Assembly: GCA_021650915.1 (NCBI GenBank) | Contig: CP091279.1 | Coordinates: 1,950,001 to 1,982,000, forward strand | Direction of reading: 5' to 3' | DNA length: 32,000 nt | Origin: Candidatus Brocadia sp. | Lineage (GTDB): Bacteria; Planctomycetota; Brocadiia; Brocadiales; Brocadiaceae | In this document: positions 18,091-26,200 of the stretch, piece by piece | How the letters are laid out: each line of letters opens with the position of its first letter | Numbering within the stretch: position 1 is the first letter of the stretch | Position numbers and translations under genes: made by a program | Notes under the pieces: model-generated | Database searches by the model: none | What the model saw: the letters and a program-made list of their open reading frames with translations, nothing else | What the model was told of the DNA's origin: nothing

Positions 18091-19101
18091 ATGTTATTTT
18101 TCAACTACGAAGCATACAGAATCCTTGTTTATGCCCTCTCAGGCCTGATTTTTCTCCTCTATCTCTGCCTTTACCGGAGAAAATTCCTGTGGTTAAGGGC
18201 CTTTGGCCAGCGCAGTCTTATTTCCCGTTTCAGCAGAATTCCCCCGACATACAGAAACCTCTTCAAGGGAGCCTGTATGAGCGCCGCATGTTGTGCCCTG
18301 GGGCTGGTTGTCTTGCAACCGAAGTGGCAGACCACCAGGGATCACTATGAAAAAGAAGGACTGGAGATCGTCTTCGTGCTCGATGTCTCCATCAGCATGC
18401 TCGCCGAAGATGTAAACCCCAACCGGTTGCAACGGGCAAAGATGGAGATATCCCATCTCGTGCGCCGGCTGGAAGGAGACCGTGTTGGCCTGGTCGTGTT
18501 TGCCGCCCGCGCGTTTTCCCTTCTCCCATACCCTACCAATGATTACGAGCGGGTCTTTCTCCGTGTCCTGAATATGATCAATGAAAATTACGTAAGGTTT
18601 GTGCCTTATGGGACGAACATCGGCAACGCCTTTATCCTGGCAATGGATAGCTTTAGCAAGGAAAACGCACGGAAGGTCATGATCCTGCTCACCGATGGCG
18701 AGGAACAAATCATTACCCGCAGCCAGGTGGCTGAGGCCGTGAAACTGTTGCTGGAGAGGAGAGATATCGTTATCTATGTCGTCGGCATTGGAGACCCCCG
18801 GAAGGCATCGCCCATACCCAAAAAAGACGCTGAAGCGAACGCGACAGAATACGAGGTTAACGAAGACGGGGAAACGATTTATACTAAACCCAATCCGGCA
18901 TTTTTGCGAGAGATTACAGAGATGGTTGGCGGAACCTATCAGCATGATGCCACGGGCAACGAGCTCAGACATATCTTCGAGCAGGTGCTCGAAAAAAACA
19001 AAAATATCGTTGGTATCAAAAAGAAAACGGTCATCAAGGATGTTTATCAGTATTTTGCGGGCGCCGCACTGGCGCTGCTTGCACTCTATTTTATTCTGTA
19101 A
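18091..19101 (+). CDS. vWA domain protein (BatA-like)
   Basis: 336 aa with N- and C-terminal TM segments. It has the MIDAS-type motif VFVLDVSISM and RVGLVVFAARAF typical of von Willebrand A domains. Confidence 0.8.
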   Translation: MLFFNYEAYRILVYALSGLIFLLYLCLYRRKFLWLRAFGQRSLISRFSRIPPTYRNLFKGACMSAACCALGLVVLQPKWQTTRDHYEKEGLEIVFVLDVSISMLAEDVNPNRLQRAKMEISHLVRRLEGDRVGLVVFAARAFSLLPYPTNDYERVFLRVLNMINENYVRFVPYGTNIGNAFILAMDSFSKENARKVMILLTDGEEQIITRSQVAEAVKLLLERRDIVIYVVGIGDPRKASPIPKKDAEANATEYEVNEDGETIYTKPNPAFLREITEMVGGTYQHDATGNELRHIFEQVLEKNKNIVGIKKKTVIKDVYQYFAGAALALLALYFIL

Positions 19102-19108
19102 ACAGTGC

Positions 19109-19137
19109 TTGCAAATCTTAGCGATATTGAGTATAAA
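19109..19137 (+). promoter_or_regulatory. candidate sigma70-type promoter for the CHAT protease gene
   Basis: TTGCAA (19109-19114), a 17-nt spacer, then TATAAA (19132-19137), about 80 nt upstream of the ATG at 19218. This is motif evidence only. Confidence 0.35.
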
Positions 19138-19217
19138 AAGGCATTTCTTCTCTGTACATATCGATTATATCGAACAAAAAAACCCGTATGCTCTATTACT
19201 ACCTCTGGATTTGAAAA

Positions 19218-21539
19218 ATGAATGATACCTTACTAAGACACCTGGGTTTAGACATTGAAAAAATTGCCGAAGAGATGCAGTTGCTTTCCGCTGATATTGA
19301 AGGAAACAAAGAGGCTTTGGTTAAGACGCTTGTCAGATATGACGAGGCAAAAAGGATCGCCAAAAATGCCGCGCTCTGGCAGTTTGGTTTGAGGCCGAAC
19401 CAAATACTATTCAGTGTGATAGACCAAACACGTCAGAATCAAACCATGAAAGAGCAGGCGGTGCGGGCGGTCGCGACACAGTATCTCGAGACATTTAAAC
19501 AGTCAAGAGAAGACGGCAGGGATAAATGCCTTACCCACAATGACCAGAGAGAACTCCTGGAATCAGCGCTGAAGATTCTCGTTAACTTTGAGAAAGAGAT
19601 GGACGGGAAAATTGAACCAGCAACATGCGCGCTCATTGCGAGAACATATCTGCTCAGAAGCGCTATTATGCTGCCTAAAGGTTTTACGGTGCCGGAAAAG
19701 AAAAAGGAGGCATTGCGAAAGGGTAGCGAATATATACGCACGATTGACGATTTAACGGAAGAAGCATTGCGCGTTCGCGGCAGTCTTCTTCTGGAACAGA
19801 GGCATATTGATATTCTGGAAAAAAATCGTGAATCCAACGGCGATAATCAAACTCTTATAAAAGAGCTGCGCGAAGCCCTTGAAAACGGCTGCGACAAATT
19901 TAATAACACAATTGAAGACGTGAGGATTGCCCTCTGTTACATCGAATTAACGGATGACAAGACAGATCTCTTGCAAAAGATAATAGACTCTCAACTCGAT
20001 TTCCCGGGGATCGAACTCTACCGGCTCAAGGCCTACTTTTTGAAAGGTGATTATGCCGCTATCAGTGATGAGGCTTTAAAAGAAGAGCTTAGCGGTATCC
20101 GTTTTAACCATCCGGTCTGGAATGAGGCAATGATCTTTATAAAACAGCTTAAGGATGCACAGGCAGATTGCTGGAGAAAATTAGCGTTAGCTGCTTATCA
20201 GGTATGCAGAACGCGAGAAAGTGAGACGTCCTCACTTCACCTTCGCTGGTACTGGTCTGGATACCGGCTGCTGTATGATCTTGCTTTTATTGCAGAAGAC
20301 GACCTCCACAGAAAGGCGGAAATTGCCGATTCGCTAAAAAGCCGGGTTTCCCTTCATGCAAAGGCGCTGGATGAAATTATTAAAAACGACAAGGAGAGAG
20401 AAGAATACTATAATGCCCATGCAGTTGCTTATGCTGGTGGGTACGTGAAAGGGGCGGGAAGAATTCATACGGGAAGGAAAGAAAAGGACTGCGACACAAA
20501 CAATGTCTTCAAAGCACTTCCAAAGGATGTTGCAATTGTTGCCTTTTATCTGAATTACTGTGAAAAGAACAAGGACTCACGGGGAAGGGGCTACGCCCTG
20601 ATTGCGGAAAACGGCACATGGAATATAAAGGAATTTCCCTTTGACAGCCTTTACAAGGCATATTTGACGTGGCAGACAAATTATGCACGGCACAAGGAGT
20701 CTGCGTCACCGTCTCTGGTCGAATTGTGTGAAGAGATAGGCAGGGCAATGCCCTTTCTTTTTGAAATAACGAAGAAAAGAATTGTCTTTGTGCCACATGA
20801 TTTTTTGCATCGATTGCCGCTGCATGGGGCAATAAAAAGAGAATGGCCGAAAGTCTTATTGGAGGAATACTCTTGCTTGTACTTGCCGGCCTGGTCATTG
20901 TTACACGCCGATACAACAAAATCCTCACAGACGGCCAGGAAAAGGATGCTCATAGAATGTTTTCATGAATATGATTATCATGAATTACAGACAAAGATAA
21001 ATGCACAGATAAAAGAGAGTAAGGGTGTTGTATGGGAAAAGCGAGAGAAGGCAAAGCCAAAAGACCTTTTGCAGATTCCTGAAGCGCCTGAAATCCTCAT
21101 GATATTATCGCATGGAAGGGCCGATATGACAAACCCCTATTATGCAAGGCTTAAGCTGGAAGGTGGAGATGTATCTGCTTTGGAAATCATGAAAGCCAAA
21201 ACCGGAACCATGAGTATCAAGGGCAGCAACGTAATCATGGGTTGCTGTGAAACTGATCTGTTGCCAGTATTATCAACACCCATTGATGAACATGTGTCGC
21301 CAGCGACAGCATTATACACCAGGGGGGCAAATTTTGTAGTTGGAACCATGTGGGAAATAAACCCCATAGATATAGAAAGGCATTTCATTGAACTATTAAC
21401 GAAAAATGATAATAGTATGTTGGAAGGTGTTGGAAATTGGCAAAGAGAAGGGTTGTCAGATGATAAATGGAAGAAGCACAAAGAATCGAGATTTTTCTAT
21501 GCTATTATTGGATTCAGAGTATTAGGTATCTTTACATGA
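19218..21539 (+). CDS. csx29: TPR-CHAT caspase-like protease (Csx29-like, type III-E accessory)
   Basis: 773 aa with a helical TPR-like N-terminal ~520 aa. The C-terminal CHAT domain has the motifs VFVPHDFLHRLPLHGA, LYLPAWSLL, ILMILSHGRAD (His codon 21111-21113) and NVIMGCCETD (Cys codons 21243-21248). It sits next to a Cas7-11-like gene. Confidence 0.85.
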   Translation: MNDTLLRHLGLDIEKIAEEMQLLSADIEGNKEALVKTLVRYDEAKRIAKNAALWQFGLRPNQILFSVIDQTRQNQTMKEQAVRAVATQYLETFKQSREDGRDKCLTHNDQRELLESALKILVNFEKEMDGKIEPATCALIARTYLLRSAIMLPKGFTVPEKKKEALRKGSEYIRTIDDLTEEALRVRGSLLLEQRHIDILEKNRESNGDNQTLIKELREALENGCDKFNNTIEDVRIALCYIELTDDKTDLLQKIIDSQLDFPGIELYRLKAYFLKGDYAAISDEALKEELSGIRFNHPVWNEAMIFIKQLKDAQADCWRKLALAAYQVCRTRESETSSLHLRWYWSGYRLLYDLAFIAEDDLHRKAEIADSLKSRVSLHAKALDEIIKNDKEREEYYNAHAVAYAGGYVKGAGRIHTGRKEKDCDTNNVFKALPKDVAIVAFYLNYCEKNKDSRGRGYALIAENGTWNIKEFPFDSLYKAYLTWQTNYARHKESASPSLVELCEEIGRAMPFLFEITKKRIVFVPHDFLHRLPLHGAIKREWPKVLLEEYSCLYLPAWSLLHADTTKSSQTARKRMLIECFHEYDYHELQTKINAQIKESKGVVWEKREKAKPKDLLQIPEAPEILMILSHGRADMTNPYYARLKLEGGDVSALEIMKAKTGTMSIKGSNVIMGCCETDLLPVLSTPIDEHVSPATALYTRGANFVVGTMWEINPIDIERHFIELLTKNDNSMLEGVGNWQREGLSDDKWKKHKESRFFYAIIGFRVLGIFT

Positions 21540-21619
21540 TTGCATGACTATAGCAGGGTCTAATAGTTATTATTGAATTAGGCCTTCGGCGGCTTTATAA
21601 GGTTAAACCCACCTCTGAA

Positions 21620-21650
21620 TCCCCTCCCAGGAGGGGACTTCTTTCGTCCC
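21620..21650 (+). terminator. GC-rich hairpin downstream of csx29 (possible terminator or REP-like element)
   Basis: TCCCCTCC (21620-21627) pairs with GGAGGGGA (21630-21637) and is followed by the pyrimidine-rich CTTCTTTCGTCCCTTCTT. The loop is very short and the U-tract imperfect. Confidence 0.3.
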
Positions 21651-21786
21651 TTCTTGAGAGGGGGTTGGGGGTGTGTAAGGCAGGAGCAGAAAGATTGAAA
21701 TTCCTTAATCATGAATTAATCAGTACCATTTGATTTCTGGCAAAAGAAACTATTGATACCGTTGATTGATGTCAAAAGGAAGATGA

Positions 21787-22362
21787 ATGGACACAAACTA
21801 TTTTGATATGGTGGGACGCATTTATTCTGAAAATCATGAAAAGCTTATTAACTATGCACGCAAACATTATCCAATATTGAAACAAGAAGAAATAGAAGAC
21901 GTTGTCCACGATGTCTCTATCGAGATAATAAAAATGATACAGGCGTTATCTAAAACGGGAAATAGTATTGATAAAAAACTCGTCATAGGTTCTTTTTATA
22001 AACGGGTAAGATGCAGGTGTATCGATAGAGGTAGAAAAAAACAGGAAGAGTCAAAAGAAGAAGGTGTGCTTGATAATAAAATGTTTAAAAAGACTAACTC
22101 AGGGATTCCTTCGGAGCAGAAATGGTTCCATCCGGAAGATGCGCCAGATAATATCAATAAAGAAAAGTTAAATATAGCAATGAGTAAAATGGAGCAAGAG
22201 TGCTTAAAAACAATAAAATTATTTTATCTGAGCGAAGCTTCTTTATCTCATCGGGAAATAGCGAATGAATTACAAATTTCGGAAGAAAACTCAAGGAAGA
22301 GGTTGTCACGATGTATGAAGACGCTTAAGAAGTATTTTGATAAAGAAATAAATAAAATTTAA
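21787..22362 (+). CDS. rpoE: ECF/RpoE-like sigma-70 family factor (type III-E associated)
   Basis: 191 aa. It has a region-2-like segment (EEIEDVVHDVSIEIIKM) and a region-4 HTH (LSHREIANELQISEENSRKRLSRCMKTLKKYF), joined by an unusually long charged linker. Confidence 0.75.
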   Translation: MDTNYFDMVGRIYSENHEKLINYARKHYPILKQEEIEDVVHDVSIEIIKMIQALSKTGNSIDKKLVIGSFYKRVRCRCIDRGRKKQEESKEEGVLDNKMFKKTNSGIPSEQKWFHPEDAPDNINKEKLNIAMSKMEQECLKTIKLFYLSEASLSHREIANELQISEENSRKRLSRCMKTLKKYFDKEINKI

Positions 22363-22374
22363 AGAAGATATCAT

Positions 22375-23244
22375 ATGTGTGAAAGATCGGAACAGTATCA
22401 GGAGATGATGTTTGCATATATCGAAGGCATGCTGGAACCAGAAGAGAAGAAAATCTTTGAGCTTCATTTACAAGGTTGCAACAGTTGCAGGGAAGAACTT
22501 CAAAAGACTAAAAAACTAGTTGACATGCTTAAGGAAATACGTTTTAGACCCAATATGGTAACGGAAGATTGCAAAAATTATGACGTCGTGGGATACGCTT
22601 TTGACGAGCTGACACCAGAGGAAAGAGAAACCACCGCAATGCACATCGCAAAATGTGATCATTGTCTATTTGAGGTAATCGATCTGAAAGCCATAAAGAA
22701 AAATGATGTCGATGTTGATAATTCACAGGCGCAAACACCTGATGCGATAAAAGCAAATCTGTATGGCAATTGGATTAACCATAATATTATTGAATTCATA
22801 AGCGACAGCGTAGACTTGAAATTACCTCTTGCGGCAGGGCCTGCCGGGTTCAAAAAAACCCGGAAGGTTGGCAACAGATACATGATCAGCATTTCTCCAA
22901 AGAATGGAGAGATATCCTTGATGAAAGAAGATGCCTGTCATAGCGTCTTAAAACCAGTAAGAGACATCATTAATGGCCACTATTTTTATTATAAAATTTT
23001 TGGATTAGTAAAAGATTTAAAACAATGTGAATTGCTTTCGGGCAAAGAAAGATTCTTGCCAATTACAATAAAATTACCAACAAGAGACCTTTCTGCTTTG
23101 TACATATTTATTTCACAAAGAGAGGATGTTATACAACAAATTACCTTAGATTGGATGCTAAACGTCGCAAAAGGTACCCTTCAGCAACCGATAAATGAAG
23201 TTATTTATATCTATGCAAAAATTTGTTGGGAAGTGATGAAATAA
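22375..23244 (+). CDS. soluble anti-sigma-like protein with two tandem zf-HC2 (H-x3-C-x2-C) motifs, in the Csx30 position
   Basis: 289 aa. Motif 1 is AYIEGMLEPEEKKIFELHLQGCNSCREEL (H codon 22465, C 22477, C 22486). Motif 2 is FDELTPEERETTAMHIAKCDHCLFEV (H 22642, C 22654, C 22663). No TM segment is present. The start is 12 nt after the rpoE stop, and the stop is 2 nt before the cas7-11 ATG. Confidence 0.65.
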   Translation: MCERSEQYQEMMFAYIEGMLEPEEKKIFELHLQGCNSCREELQKTKKLVDMLKEIRFRPNMVTEDCKNYDVVGYAFDELTPEERETTAMHIAKCDHCLFEVIDLKAIKKNDVDVDNSQAQTPDAIKANLYGNWINHNIIEFISDSVDLKLPLAAGPAGFKKTRKVGNRYMISISPKNGEISLMKEDACHSVLKPVRDIINGHYFYYKIFGLVKDLKQCELLSGKERFLPITIKLPTRDLSALYIFISQREDVIQQITLDWMLNVAKGTLQQPINEVIYIYAKICWEVMK

Positions 23245-23246
23245 TA

Positions 23247-26200
23247 ATGTCTAAAACAGATGATAAAATAGATATCAAACTCACGTTTCTCGAACCATAC
23301 CGCATGGTAAATTGGTTAGAAAATGGTTTGAGAATGACCGATCCAAGATACCTGCGAGGTCTCTCTTTTGCCCGGTGGCATCGGAATAAAAATGGCAAGG
23401 CGGGAAGGCCGTATATTACGGGTACGCTTTTGCGGTCGGCAGTCATTCGGGCGGCTGAGGAGTTGTTGTCACTCAATTTGGGTAAGTGGGGTAAACAACT
23501 GTGTTGCCCGGGGCAGTTTGAAACAGAAAGGGAAATGAGGAAAAACAAGACTTTTCTCAGGCGAAGGCCCACCCCTGCCTGGTCTGCCGAAACAAAAAAA
23601 GAAATCTGCACTACCCATGGGAGCGCATGCGCATTCTGTCTCCTCCTGGGAAGAAGATTGCATGGAGGAAAAGAGGATGTCAATGAGGATGCCCCTGGAA
23701 GCTGTCGTAAACCCGTGGGTTTCGGCAATCTCAGCCTTCCATTTCAGCCCACAAAACGACAAATACAGGATGTCTGCAAAGAGCGCGTTTTAAACAGGGT
23801 TGACTTTCGTACCGGCAAAGCGCAGGACTATTTCAGGGTTTTTGAGATTGATCACGAAGATTGGGGTGTTTACACCGGCGAGATAACCATAACAGAGCCA
23901 CGCGTACAAGAGATGCTTGAAGCGTCTCTTAAATTTGTTGATACCTTATGTGGCGCCCTGTGCAGGATTGAGATTGTCGGGAGCGCCGATGAAACGAAAA
24001 GAACTACATCATCAAAAGAAGGGTGTCCTGCCTCCACTACCACCAGAGATTGCTCGTCTTCAGAAAACGATGATACCAGTCCGGAGGATCCTGTACGTGA
24101 GGATTTGAAAAAAATAGCTCATGTCATAGCGAATGCCTTTCAAAATAGCGGTAACAGGGAAAAGGTACACGCCCTTGCTGACGCAATAAGGGCCATGCGG
24201 TTAGAAGAGAGCTCTATTATCAATACCTTGCCTAAAGGGAAGTCAGAAAAAACAACAGAGCAGATTGAGGTAAATAAGCATTACTTGTGGGACGAAATAC
24301 CGGTTAATGACACGTCAGTAAGGCATATATTAATAGAACAATGGAGGCGGTGGCAGTCAAAGAAGGATGATCCCGAATGGTGGAAATTTTGTGATTTTTT
24401 GGGAGAGTGCCTTTACAAGGAATACAAGAAGTTAACGTCAGGCATTCAATCAAGGGCGCGGGTAATGGGTGAGACGGAATATTACGGCGCGCTGGGTATG
24501 CCCGACAAGGTAATCCCGCTTCTTAAAAGCGACAAAACGAAGGAATGGATTCTTGTCGGAAGCCTGAAGGCAGAGACCCCGTTCTTTTTTGGGTTAGAGA
24601 CGGAGCAAACAGAAGAGGTTGAACATACCAGCCTGCGGTTGGTAATGGACAAAAAGGGCCGGTTTCGCATTCCCCGCTCCGTTCTGAGAGGGGCATTGCG
24701 GCGTGATATGCGTATTGCATTTGACAGCGGTTGCGACGTCAAACTTGGCAGTCCTCTCCCCTGTGATTGTTCGGTGTGTCAGGTTATGAGAAGTATTACA
24801 ATAAAGGACTCCCGGAGCGAAGCGGGCAAGCTGCCCCAGATTCGGCACCGGATCAGGCTCAACCCCTTTAGCGGTACGGTTGATGAAGGAGCCCTCTTCG
24901 ATATTGAAGTAGCGCCTGAAGGAGTTATATTCCCCTTTGTGATGCGCTACCGGGGAGAGGAATTTCCGCCCGCTCTGTTGAGTGTTATCAGATACTGGCA
25001 GGATGGTAAGGCGTGGCTGGGGGGCGAAGGCGCTACCGGGAAGGGGCGTTTTGCCCTCGCCAAAGACCTCAAAATGTATGAGTGGAAGCTCGAAGATAAA
25101 TCTTTGCATGCATATATTGATACGTATGGCCACAGAGGAAATGAACATGCAATAGGAACCGGGCAGGGCATCGATGGTTTCCGGTCGGGTTCCCTGTCTG
25201 ATTTATTGTCTGACATATCAAAAGAAAGTTTCCGCGATCCCCTTGCATCTTACCACAACTATCTTGACAAGCGATGGATTAAGGTTGGTTATCAAATAAC
25301 CATAGGTGCGCCGTTGCTTTCTGCGGATCCCATCGGCGCCTTGCTTGACCCAAACAACGTGGACGCCATCGTATTTGAAAAGATGAAGCTGGATGGCGAT
25401 CAGGTGAAATATCTTCCGGCGATAAAGGGAGAAACGATTCGGGGTATTGTCAGGACTGCCCTGGGGAAAAGAAATAACCTTCTAGCGAAGAATGATCATG
25501 ATGACTGCACTTGCTCCCTGTGCGCCATCTTTGGAAATGAAAACGAAACAGGCAAAATCCGCTTTGAGGATCTGGAGGTATATGATAAAGACATTGCGAA
25601 AAAAATCGATCACGTCGCGATTGACCGGTTTACCGGCGGCGCAAGGGATCAGATGAAATTTGACACCCTGCCGCTTATCGGCAGCCCTGAACGTCCCCTC
25701 AGACTGAAAGGCCTCTTTTGGATGCGAAGGGATGTGTCGCCGGATGAGAAGGCCAGGATTTTGCTGGCATTTCTGGAAATTCGGGAAGGTCTCTATCCCA
25801 TTGGCGGAAAAACAGGGTCGGGGTATGGTTGGGTATCAGACCTGGAATTTGATGGCGATGCACCGGAAGCGTTCAAAGAGATGAACTCGAAAAGGGGCAA
25901 ACAAGCATCTTTCAAAGAAAAGATTTCCTTCCGGTATCCCTCCGGAGCGCCGAAGCATATCCAAAATCTCAAAGCGACGTCTTTCTATTATCCGCACTAC
26001 TTTCTTGAGCCAGGGAGCAAGGTGATAAGAGAACAAAAGATGATTGGGCATGAGCAGTATTATGAGTCGTATCCATCCGGCGCTTCTGGGGAAAAGCTTT
26101 TGTCTGGCAGGATAATCTGTAGCATGACCACCCATACCCCTCTTATTGTACCCGATACCGGAGTAATAAAAGATCCTGAAAATAAACACGCAACGTATGA

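Noticed and set aside
15291-18148. ORFs start at the conserved SD-ATG inside the two ~245-bp repeats (45 aa in copy A from 15291; 106 aa at 17828-18148 in copy B), along with overlapping ORFs at 15295-15576 and 15353-15589.
   Set aside because: The frames diverge after 17 codons because of an indel between the copies, and the lengths are unrelated. Conservation is at the DNA or structure level, so these are not called as CDS.
18193-18972. A 259-aa minus-strand ORF lies antisense to the vWA gene. Similar antisense ORFs occur inside cas7-11 (23201-23728, 24594-25148, 25836-26189 and others) and inside csx29, tyrS and GH57.
   Set aside because: They lie entirely within strongly supported genes on the opposite strand, have low-complexity or odd composition, and contain no recognisable motifs.
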